From Eledone cirrhosa (lineage: Eukaryota): DNA of 64,000 nt. A program made the position numbers and the translations under genes. Positions 26,001 through 42,180 of the stretch are shown here, piece by piece (the stretch's first letter is position 1; each line of letters begins with the position of its first letter). The stretch lies in the NCBI GenBank assembly GCA_964016885.1, contig CAXHJY010001340.1, positions 18,528 to 82,527 of the forward strand, in the 5' to 3' direction. Under the pieces are notes generated by a model that had not been told where the DNA came from, did no database searches, and saw only the letters and a program-made list of their open reading frames with translations.

Positions 26001-29000
26001 TGGAACAAACTACATGCATCAATTGTGAGCTGTCGAGACACTGCATCCTTTAAAACCTCCATGGAACAAACTACCTGCATCAGTTGTTAGCTGTCAAAGC
26101 ACAGCATTCTTTAAAACCTCCATGGAACAAGCTACCTGCATCAGTTGTTAGTTGTCGCAACAATGCATCCTTTAAAACCTCCATGGAACAATCTACCTGT
26201 ATCAGTTGTTAGTTGTCGCAACACTGCATCCTTTAAAACCTCCATGGAACAAACTACCTGCATCAGTTGTTAGCTGCCGAGACACTGCATCCTTTAAAAC
26301 CTCCATGGAACAAACTACCTGCATCAGTTGTTAGCTGCCGAGACACCGCATCCTTTAAAACCTCCATGGAACAAACTACATGCATCAATTGTGAGCTGTC
26401 GAGACACTGCATCCTTTAAAACCTCCATGGAACAAACTACCTGCATCAGTTGTTAGCTGTCAAAGCACAGCATTCTTTAAAACCTCCATGGAACAAGCTA
26501 CCTGCATCAGTTGTTAGTTGTCGCGACAATGCATCCTTTAAAACCTCCATGGAACAATCTACCTGTATCAGTTGTTAGCTGTCGAGACACTGCATCCTTT
26601 AAAACCTCCATAGAACAAACTACATACATCAGTTGTTAGCTGTCGAGACACTGCATCCTTTAAAACCTCCACGGAACAAACTACCTGCATCAGTTGTTAC
26701 CTGTCGAGACACTGCATCCTTTAAAACCTCCACGGAACAAACTACCTGCATCAGTTGTTAGCTGTCGAGACATTGCATCTTTTTAAACCTCCATGGAACA
26801 AACTACCTGCATCAGTTGTTAGCTGTCGAGACACTGCATCCTGTAAAACCTACATCGAACAAACTACCTGCATCAGTTGTTAGCTGTCGAGACACTGCAT
26901 CCTTTAAAACCTCCATGGAACAAACTACCTGCATCAGTTGTTAGCTGTCGAAACACAGCATCTTTTAAAACCTCCATGGAACAAAATACCTGCATCAGTT
27001 GTTAGCTGTCGACACACTGCATCCTTTGAAACCTCCATGGAACAAACTACCTGCATCAGTTGTTAGCTGCTGAGACACTGCATCCTTTTAAACCTCTATG
27101 GAACAAACTACCTGCATCCTTTAAAACCTCCATGGAACAAACTACCTGCATCAGTTGTTAGCTGTCAAAGCACAGCATTCTTTAAAACCTCCATGGAACA
27201 AGCTACCTGCATCAGTTGTTAGTTGTCGCGACAATGCATCCTTTAAAACCTCCATGGAACAATCTACCTGTATCAGTTGTTAGCTGTCGAGACACTGCAT
27301 CCTTTAAAACCTCCATAGAACAAACTACATACATCAGTTGTTAGCTGTCGAGACACTGCATCCTTTAAAACCTCCACGGAACAAACTACCTGCATCAGTT
27401 GTTACCTGTCGAGACACTGCATCCTTTATAACCTCCATGGAACAAACTACCTGCATCAGTTGTTAGCTGTCGAGACACTGCATCCTTTAAAACCTCCACG
27501 GAACAAACTACCTGCATCAGTTGTTAGCTGTCGAGACATTGCATCTTTTTAAACCTCCATGGAACAAACTACCTGCATCAGTTGTTAGCTGTCGAGACAC
27601 TGCATCCTGTAAAACTTGCATCGAACAAACTACCTGCATCAGTTGTTAGCTGTCGAGACACTGCATCCTTTAAAACCTCCATGGAACAAACTACCTGCAT
27701 CAGTTGTTAGCTGTCGAAACACAGCATCTTTTAAAACCTCCATGGAACAAAATACCTGCATCAGTTGTTAGCTGTCGACACACTGCATCCTTTGAAACCT
27801 CCATGGAACAAACTACCTGCATCAGTTGTTAGCTGCTGAGACACTGCATCCTTTTAAACCTCCATGGAACAAACTACCTGCATCCTTTAAAACCTCCATG
27901 GAACAAACTACCTGCATCAGTTTTTAGCCGTCGACACATTGCATCCTTTAAAACATCCATGGAACAAACTACCTGCATCAGTTGTTAGCTGTCGAGACAC
28001 TGCATCCTTTAAAACCTCCATGGAACAAACTACCTGCATCAGTTGTTAGCTGTCGAGACACAGCATCCTTTAAAACCTCCATGGAACAAACTACCTGCAT
28101 CAGTTGTCAGCTGCTGAGGCACTGCATCCTTTTAAACCTCCATGGAACAAACTACCTGCATCAGTTGTTAGCTGTCGAGACATTGCATCCTTTAAAACCT
28201 CCATGGAACAAACTACCTGCATCAGTTGTTAGCTGTCGAAACACAGCATTCTTTAAATCCTCCATGGAACAAACTACCTGCATCAGTTGTTAGTTGTCGC
28301 GACACTGCATCCTTTAAAACCTCCATGGAACAAACTACCTGCATCAGTTGTTAGTTGTAGCGACACTGCATCCTTTAAAACCTCCATGGAACAAACTACA
28401 TACATCAGTTGTTAGCTGTCGAGACACTGCATCCTTTAAAACCTCCACGGAACAAACTACCTGCATCAGTTGTTACCTGTCGAGACACTGCATCCTTTAA
28501 AACCTCCACGGAACAAACTACCTGCACCAGTTGTTAGCTGTCGAGACATTGCATCTTTTTAAACCTCCATGGAACAAACTACCTGCATCAGTTGTTAGCT
28601 GTCGAGACACTGCATCCTGTAAAACCTACATCGAACAAACTACCTGCATCAGTTGTTAGCTGTCGAGACACTGCATCCTTTAAAACCTCCATGGAACAAA
28701 CTACCTGCATCAGTTGTTAGCTGTCGAAACACAGCATCTTTTAAAACCTCCATGGAACAAAATACCTGCATCAGTTGTTAGCTGTCGACACACTGCATCC
28801 TTTGAAACCTCCATGGAACAAACTACCTGCATCAGTTGTTAGCTGCTGAGACACTGCATCCTTTTAAACCTCCATGGAACAAACTACCTGCATCCTTTAA
28901 AACCTCCATGGAACAAACTACCTGCATCAGTTGTTAGCTGTCAAAGCACAGCATTCTTTAAAACCTCCATGGAACAAGCTACCTGCATCAGTTGTTAGTT

Positions 29001-31018
29001 GTCGCGACAATGCATCCTTTAAAACCTCCATGGAACAATCTACCTGTATCAGTTGTTAGCTGTCGAGACACTGCATCCTTTAAAACCTCCATAGAACAAA
29101 CTACATACATCAGTTGTTAGCTGTCGAGACACTGCATCCTTTAAAACCTCCACGGAACAAACTACCTGCATCAGTTGTTACCTGTCGAGACACTGCATCC
29201 TTTATAACCTCCATGGAACAAACTACCTGCATCAGTTGTTAGCTGTCGAGACACTGCATCCTTTAAAACCTCCACGGAACAAACTACCTGCATCAGTTGT
29301 TAGCTGTCGAGACATTGCATCTTTTTAAACCTCCATGGAACAAACTACCTGCATCAGTTGTTAGCTGTCGAGACACTGCATCCTGTAAAACCTGCATCGA
29401 ACAAACTACCTGCATCAGTTGTTAGCTGTCGAGACACTGCATCCTTTAAAACCTCCATGGAACAAACTACCTGCATCAGTTGTTAGCTGTCGAAACACAG
29501 CATCTTTTAAAACCTCCATGGAACAAAATACCTGCATCAGTTGTTAGCTGTCGACACACTGCATCCTTTGAAACCTCCATGGAACAAACTACCTGCATCA
29601 GTTGTTAGCTGCTGAGACACTGCATCCTTTTAAACCTCCATGGAACAAACTACCTGCATCCTTTTAAACCTCCATGGAACAAACTACCTGCATCAGTTGT
29701 TAGCCGTCGACACATTGCATCCTTTAAAACATCCATGGAACAAACTACCTGCATCAGTTGTTAGCTGTCGAGACACTGCATCCTTTAAAACCTCCATGGA
29801 ACAAACTACCTGCATCAGTTGTTAGCTGTCGAGACACAGCATCCTTTAAAACCTCCATGGAACAAACTACCTGCATCAGTTGTCAGCTGCTGAGGCACTG
29901 CATCCTTTTAAACCTCCATGGAACAAACTACCTGCATCAGTTGTTAGCTGTCGAGACATTGCATCCTTTAAAACCTCCATGGAACAAACTACCTGCATCA
30001 GTTGTTAGCTGTCGAAACACAGCATTCTTTAAATCCTCCATGGAACAAACTACCTGCATCAGTTGTTAGTTGTCGCGACACTGCATCCTTTAAAACCTCC
30101 ATGGAACAAACTACCTGCATCAGTTGTTAGTTGTAGCGACACTGCATCCTTTAAAACCTCCATGGAACAAACTACATGCATCAGTTGTTAGTTGTCGCGA
30201 CACTGCATCCTTTAAAACCTCCATGGAACAAACTACCTGCATTAGTTGTTAGCTGTCGAGACACTGTATCCTTTAAAACCTCCATGGAACAAACTACCTG
30301 CATCAGTTGTTAGCTGTCGAGACACTGCATCTTTTAAAACCTCCATGGAACAAAATACCTGCATCAGTGGTTAGCTGTCGAGACACTGCATCCTTTAAAA
30401 CCTCCATGGAACAAACTACCTGCATCAGTTGTTAGCTGCCGAGACACTGCATCCTTTAAAACCTCCATGGAACAAACTACCTGCATCTATTGTTAGCTGT
30501 CGAGACACTGCATCCTTTAAAACCTCCATGGAACAAACTACTTGCATCAGTTGTTAGCTGTCGAGACACAGCATCTTTTAAAACCTCCATGGAACAAACT
30601 ACCTGCATCAGTTGTTAGCTGTCGAGACACTGCATCTTTTAAAACCTCCATGGAACAAAATACCTGCATCAGTGGTTAGCTGTCGAGACACTGCTTCCTT
30701 TTAAACGTTCATGTAACAAACTACCTGCATCTATTGTTAGCTGTCGAGACACTGCATCCTTTAAAACCTCCATGGAACAAACTACTTGCATCAGTTGTTA
30801 GCTGTCGAGACACAGCATCTTTTAAAACCTCCATGGAACAATCTACCTGCATCAGTTGTTAGTTGTCGCGACACTGCATCCTTTAAAACATCCATGGAAC
30901 AAACTACATGCATCAGTTGTTAGTTGTCGCAACACTGCATCCTTTAAAACCTCCATGGAACAAACTACCTGCATCAGTTATTAGCTGTCGAGACACTGCA
31001 TCCTTTAAAACCTCCATG
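23095..31018 (+). repeat. 61-bp satellite (~130 units, with 34-bp deletion variants) derived from a CR1/L2 LINE 3' coding end
   Basis: Unit catggaacaaactacctgcatcagttgttagctgtcgagacactgcatcctttaaaacctc; unamplified LINE sequence continues on both sides (23079-23094 and 31019-31209). Confidence 0.95.
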
Positions 31019-31217
31019 CTTTCTGAGATTCGCCAACACTACACCTAATGGTCCTCCTCTATACACACACACACACATGTATATCATGTCTCATACACTA
31101 TTCATTTCCCTGACATTTGTATATTATTCTATGTACTATACATGCACCTTTGATGAGTTGTAGTGCACCTGAGCACTGTACACAATAATTTCATAATCAT
31201 TATTATTATATCCGCAG

Positions 31218-31323
31218 GGCTTGGGTACCGCCAACCCAGTTGTACAGATAGGATCCCATATATTTACTGGCAAGTATGAAACTAATGTTGGCACTTCCTT
31301 GCTGTTTGATGATATCAAGAAAG
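31218..31323 (+). CDS. GTF3C6: GTF3C6 exon 3 (GLGTANPVVQIGSHIFTGKYETNVGTSLLFDDIKK)
   Basis: ccgcag acceptor and G|gtatgt donor; phase 0-1; resembles human GIDTERPILQVDSCVFAGEYEDTLGTCVIFEE. Confidence 0.9.
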
Positions 31324-31339
31324 GTATGTAGGATTATGT

Positions 31340-32105
31340 TATCACCACTGTCATCAGCAGCAGCAGTATCTTCATCACCACCATCATCATTACCATCACT
31401 CTACTCTCATCACCACCATTGTTGCCATTGCTATCGCCGTCACCACCACCATCACTATCGTCACCACCACCACCATCACTATCGTCACCACCACCACCAC
31501 TATCATTATCGTCACCACCACCATCATTATCGTCACCACCACCACCATCACTATCGTCACCACCACCATCACTATCATCACCACCACCACCACCATAACT
31601 ATCGTCACCACCACCACCGCCATCATTATCGTCACCACCACTCCCACCATCACTATCGTCACCACCACTCCCACCATCACTATCATCACCACCACCATCA
31701 CTATCGTCACCACCACCACCGCCATCATTATCGTCACCACCACCACCATCATCACTATCGTCACCACCACCACCATCACTATCGTCACCACCACCACCAC
31801 CATCATTATCGTCACCACCATCATTATCGTCACCACCATCACTATCGTCACCACCACCATCACTATCGTCACCACCACCATCACTATCGTCACCACCACC
31901 ATCACTATCGTCACCACCACCATCACTATCGTCACCACCACCATCACTATCGTCATCACCACCATCACTATCATCATTATCATCACTACCACAACAACCA
32001 TCATCACTCAGCATCACTCAGCATCACTACCATCATCACTCATCATCACTATCATCATTATCACCACCACTACCACCACCACCATCATCATCATCTTCAT
32101 GACCA
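31340..32105. repeat. (CAC)n/CAT/TATCGT triplet-based intronic repeat
   Basis: 15-21-bp units of the type caccaccaccatcactatcgt. Confidence 0.9.
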
Positions 32106-32254
32106 TTATGACCAGTTTGAAGATTATCAAGAATGTGATGGCGGAGCAAGAGATCTGGCATGAGTGACCCAGGTTTAATCAGATGATCAACTGAAATGAG
32201 ATCAGCTAAGATGGTATAGAAGTTATATTTAGTTTTTAAATTGATATAATGATA

Positions 32255-32635
32255 TAATGAAAATATTGTGTACAGTGCTCAGGTGCACTACAACTCATCA
32301 AAAGTGTATGTATAGTACATAGGGTAATGTACAAACGTCAGGAAAATGAACAGTGTATGAGTCATGATATACATGTGTGCATGTTATGGAAGGGGTACAT
32401 CAGGTGTAGTTTTGGCGAATTTCGGGAAGCATGAGGGTTTTAAAGGATGCAGTGTCTCAGTAGCTAACAACTGACGCAGGCAGTTTGTTCCATGCTTCAG
32501 CAACTCTAAGCATGAAAAAATGTTTCCGAAAGTCATGGGAGCTGTGCTATTTTCTGACTTTGTAGGCATGTCCATGTGTGTTAGACACATGGAGATCAAA
32601 ATGGTGCTCAGGGTTGTTGTTGGTGAGATTAATTT
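32255..32635 (-). mobile_element. CR1/L2-type LINE 3' fragment (unamplified satellite parent)
   Basis: Minus strand translates NTHGHAYKVRK*HSSHDFRKHFFMLRVAEAWNKLPASVVS..TASFK, the typical CR1/L2 ORF2 C-terminus, followed by the same 3' UTR as 31050-31209. Confidence 0.85.
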
Positions 32636-33015
32636 GTTCTAGTTGAAATCTTTATGTTCATTAAGGAAGTCTGTGCAATGCATCTTACATCAACTTCCCC
32701 AGGCTGCCATGTGTTGGGTAGAACCTTTTAAGGCAATGTTTTACAGTCAGATGCCCTTCCTAATACCAATCATTTTAGTCACTTTTTATTACACGGATTA
32801 GGTGTACCTATTCAAAACCAGATTCACATGGCATAGAAAACAGTCTAAAATGATGATGATGATGATGATGAAATACTAAAAATATTTTTTAAATTCTAGT
32901 AACACTTCTTTTGTTTCTGTTGTCTGAATTTTTGTTCTAACATTTCTCGGTAACTATTTTCAGATGGTACCTCCAAATTAAAGTATTCATGTCAGTTATT
33001 GGTTGATATTTTCAG

Positions 33016-33188
33016 ATGGAACCTCCAAATTAGAGTATTTATGTCACACAGACAAAAAGCTGCTGCTGAAACGAGTTTTCCTGCAGAAGAAAGAGGATTC
33101 TCCCCGAATCGACATTGATGACATGGAGGATTGCAGTATACTTTCTTCGGGCAATAATCAATTCAGGTCTTGTAATGTACCAATGTAA
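33016..33188 (+). CDS. GTF3C6: GTF3C6 exon 4 (DGTSKLEYLCHTDKKLLLKRVFLQKKED...); 3' end uncertain
   Basis: ttttcag acceptor, phase 1; resembles human LKYKCHTMKKLSMTRTLLTEKKE; in-frame TAA at 33186-33188. Confidence 0.8.
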
Positions 33189-33280
33189 TCCGGACATGAG
33201 ACATTACAATATTCAACAATCCATTTAACTGAAGGTAACCATTACACATTAACACCCTTTACCATTTACATATATATACA

Positions 33281-33500
33281 GACCCATGCTAGCATGGAAA
33301 ATGGACGTTAAACGATGATGATGATGATATCATCATCATCATCATCATCAACGTTTAACGTCCGTGTTCCACGCTTGCATGGGTTTGGACGGGGGTAGTC
33401 CCACTTGAGGCAAGAGTGATTGTCTTGCTCGCATAGGACTGTCTGGCAGGTTTTCTACAGTTGGATGCCCTTCCTAACACCAACCACATTTACAGTGTGG
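33281..33500. mobile_element. Two RTE 3' tails joined tail-to-tail
   Basis: ...ggacgttaaac(gat)n immediately followed by (atc)n aacgtttaacgtcc... Confidence 0.8.
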
Positions 33501-38058
<4,558 letters not shown>

Positions 38059-38433
38059 TCGATATTAAATAAATGGAAACTATATTTATAAAACCATATT
38101 TATCTCATTATATATATTTCAGGGATATCATATTAAAAATATGGTATGCCTTTTTCAGACAAAATACAATATAAACAGTCTTATAAATAGATAGATTTGA
38201 CATACCTTTCAACTTCAACTTCCATTTAAAAAGTTGATTTGGTAGTGAAAAATGGGACAGTTATAAAAAGAAAGAAAGAAAAAAAACGAAGAAAAAGAAG
38301 AAATGCATGCAACTAAATAGAGAGAGATAGATATAGAGAGATAGAGAGAAGAAATTCATGTAAAGAAACAGAGAGAGATATATAGAGAGAGGAAAAAACA
38401 GAGGGAGATAGAGAGAGAGAGAGAGAGAAAAAA

Positions 38434-39054
38434 CTATTTTTTAATGCTCTTGATAATCGCTTCCCTAGAACACATAGGTATCACTCAATTTTCAATAGAC
38501 ATACTATAAAATTAACTTACTCATCCACCAAAAATTTAGCACAAAATATTAATAGAATAAATAATAGGAATTTAAAACCTAGCCAAAATACCGATAATAG
38601 CATAAATAATATCCAAGCAAACAAATGTAACTGTAGAGATAGATCTAAATGTCCGTTAAATAACAATTGCTTAGTTAAAAATATAATATACAACTGTAAT
38701 GTTAAAACGGACTTAAATTCTTTTAACTATGTTGGTTCCACCTCGACAGAATTTAAACTTCGCTATAATAACCACAAGAATTCTTTCACAGATCCAAGCA
38801 AAAAATCTTCAACATCACTATCAGGCTTAATCTGGCAACTTAAGCATGATAACGTTGGATATTCGACGGCTTGGAATATAGTCTCAAGAGGGATTCCTTT
38901 TAATTCATCCTCTGAGACATGTGACTTCTGCGCGGAGGAGATATTCTTTATACTAAAATCTAAAAATTCCCTTAATTTACGGACAAATTTATTCAGTTGC
39001 TGCAGACATAGATTGAACTCAACTTTTAAATATAAATATAAATTTAAAATGTAG
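38434..39054 (+). pseudogene. PLE C-terminal GIY-YIG endonuclease fragment (no start codon, absent from the ORF track)
   Basis: Open frame ...IFNRHTIKLTYS...CNCRDRSKCPLNNNCLVKNIIYNCNV...NYVGSTSTEFKLRYNNHKNSF...LSGLIWQLK...CDFCAEE...LNLR...CRH...*. Confidence 0.85.
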
Positions 39055-40294
39055 TATATTTAATTTGATTTATAATTATTTATGAAACTCGCCGATAAAT
39101 CTTTCGATTTCTTTTTATTTTAAACATTCTTCATGAATAATTAAACTACCCTAAAAGCTGATGCTCCAAATATATCGAATAAATTTTACACTAGATAAAC
39201 TTCTATATTAAATATAAGACCATCTGTAGATCAAATGGGTATCCTAAACTTTTGGAATGATTTCTGCTAGACAGGATTTGGTAAATAATTTTGGTTTTGT
39301 TTGCTTTTGATTCTGATGCTTATAACGAACTTGGCAATATATTGTCAATTAACTTTGAAGGGTTGATCTCTGTGGTTGATTTGCGGGGCATACTATGTTT
39401 TATTTTTAATATTTTTATTTTTTTATTTTTTTATTTCTGATATTTTTATTGATATATTGATATCTGTTCTCTATTTATGCTTGAACGATAATCATGTAGA
39501 GTAAAGACAAGAATAGTATTGTTAAAATTAATGTAGACTCTATATATATTTGTGTGTATGTACACATATATGTATACTAGAATTTTTATAGCACAATGAG
39601 AATGTTTTCATGTGAAATAGGAATTTGCAGAGTTGATCACGTAAATTCACATGGAAGTCTATAGTATCGAATCTGGGATAACCTATTTTATCGCAACTCT
39701 GATATAAACCTAGGAATTTTAAACTAGACATATGATCATTATTTTTCACACATTATTGATACGTGTCTCATTCATGAATACTGATCTTTACATTGATGAA
39801 ACATAATGTTTTAAATCTGCCTCGTTTATGTCTGGATATTTTTCTTTTCTCTCTATGTAACGGCTGTTTTCTCTCCTAACCACATATATCTCTCTCTACA
39901 TTAATACGAGAACTAAATAAATAAATAAATAAATAAATATATCATTGATACGTCATTCAACTGGTGCCCAACTACCTATTTTCTTTCTCTCTATCTCTAT
40001 CTATATCTATCTCTCTCTATTTTTTCTCTCTCTCTCTCCTCTTTCTCTCTCTCTATCTATCTCCCTCTGTGTTTTTTCCTCTCTCTATATATCTCTCTCT
40101 GTTTCTTTACATGAATTTCTTCTCTCTATCTATCTCTCTCTATTTAGTTGCATGCATTTCTTCTTTTTCTTCGTTTTTTTTTCTTTCTTTCTTTTTATAA
40201 CTGTCCCATTTTTCACTACCAAATCAACTTTTTAAATGGAAGTTGAAGTTGAAAGGTATGTCAAATCTATCTATTTATAAGACTGTTTATATTG

Positions 40295-40360
40295 TATTTT
40301 GTCTGAAGAAGGCATACCATATTTTTAATATGATATCCCTGAAATATATATAATGAAATA
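40295..40360 (+). ncRNA. Type I hammerhead ribozyme in the PLE 3' region
   Basis: tattttgt CTGAAGA agg...cct GAAA tatata TA atgaaata: 8-bp stem I (2 GU pairs) and palindromic stem III. Confidence 0.7.
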
Positions 40361-40592
40361 AATATGGTTTTATAAATATAATTTCCATTTATTTAATATC
40401 GTAAATATACTCCAAATACTTGTTGAGTGCTTTTATATCAGTTATAAATATTTACTCGTTGTAACCCAACAATTTAAATAAAACTTTGCATATATATTTA
40501 TATATATATATATATATTTATATATGTATATATGTATGTATATATGTATGTATATATGTATGTATATATGTATGTATATGTATATATGTATG

Positions 40593-40627
<35 letters not shown>

Positions 40628-40630
40628 GTA

Positions 40631-40661
<31 letters not shown>

Positions 40662-40923
40662 ATTTATATATATATATATATTTATATTTATGTATATTTA
40701 TTTATATATATATATTTATATATTTATATATATATATTTATATATATATATTTATATATATATATTTATATTTATATATATATATTTATATATATATATT
40801 TATATATTTATATTTATATATATATATTTATATTTATATATATATATTTATATATATATATTTATATATATATATTTATATATATATATTTATATATATA
40901 TATTTATATATATATATTTATAT

Positions 40924-41531
40924 ATAAAAGACGTAAAATAAGAAAATATCTTTTAAAAAAAATTTTTTAAAAATTTTTTACTTACTTACTTAAATTTTCA
41001 CTCCAACTAATTAGTTTCTGCAATGGGATAAAGACAGTTACATAATCATCAGGGAGTCTATTCTCAGCTGAGCCTCCAGGCAATGCGCGGACACTGGCGG
41101 CTCATATAAAAATAATAATAATAATTCGGTAGAAAGAACAGCTAGGCGAGGACTGGATTCTATGTACTGAAATTCTCACTGTTTCCAGTCAAATGGCCGA
41201 TTCTAAAGAATCAATCACGTGACATAGAGGCTAGTTAGAAGGAATGGGATGGTAAGATGACTGACGCCTACTAACACCCCAAAAAAAAATTTTGAAGTGG
41301 TTTTGGCAGGTTTGCTCGACAAATCAGTGATTTGGAGATAAATATAGATAATTTAATATATCAACTAACATAGGCGCACAGATGCACGTCCATGCCAGCA
41401 AATACACAGGTTATGTCATAGTACCTAGGTGGTTCAATGCAGGAGGGTGCAGAACAATAATATAAAAGACGTAAAATAAGAAAATATCTTTTAAAAAAAA
41501 TTTTTTAAAAATTTTTTACTTACTTACTTAA

Positions 41532-41533
<2 letters not shown>
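40924..41533 (-). mobile_element. Non-coding hammerhead-containing unit (~537-bp period) with a ~70-bp terminal direct repeat
   Basis: ataaaagacgtaaaataagaaaatatc...cttacttacttaaat at about 40924 and 41462; (TA)n on both sides. Confidence 0.7.
41000..41057 (-). ncRNA. Type I hammerhead ribozyme motif
   Basis: Minus strand: actcc CTGATGA tta tgtaa...ttgca GAAA ctaattag TT ggagt; palindromic stem III; 3 extra nt before stem II. Confidence 0.65.
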
Positions 41534-41562
<29 letters not shown>

Positions 41563-42180
41563 TATATATATATATTTATATATATATATTTATATTTATA
41601 TATATATATTTATATTTATATATATATATTTATATATATATATTTATATTTATATATATATATTTATATATATATATTTATATATATATATTTATATATA
41701 TATATTTATATATATATATTTATATATATATATGTATATATGTATATTTATATATATATGTATATTTATATATATATGTATATTTATATATATATGTATA
41801 TTTATATATATATGTATATTTATATATATATGTATATTTATATATATATGTATATTTATATATATATATGTATATTTATATATATATGTATATTTATATA
41901 TATATGTATATTTATATATATATGTATATTTATATATATATATATGTATATTTATATATATATATGTATATTTATATATATATATGTATATTTATATATA
42001 TATATGTATATTTATATATATATGTATATTTATATATATATGTATATTTATATATATATGTATATTTATATATATATGTATATTTATATATATATGTATA
42101 TTTATATATATATGTATATTTATATATATATGTATATTTATATATATATGTATATATATGTATATATATATGTATATGTA

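Larger units (their letters stand above)
38068..40476 (+). mobile_element. 5'-truncated Penelope-like element with an inverted 3'-terminal copy
   Basis: 38068-38433 is the reverse complement of about 40030-40402; GIY-YIG frame at 38434-39054; (TA)n on both sides. Confidence 0.85.

Noticed and set aside
23095-31018. CRISPR-like appearance and ORFs in the 61-bp array
   Set aside because: No unique spacers, no cas genes, eukaryotic context; 61 is not a multiple of 3 and stops recur.
31276-32163. His-rich 295-aa ORF and antisense Gly/Asp and Val-rich ORFs
   Set aside because: Triplet-based intronic repeat; the real exon ends at the 31324 donor in another frame.
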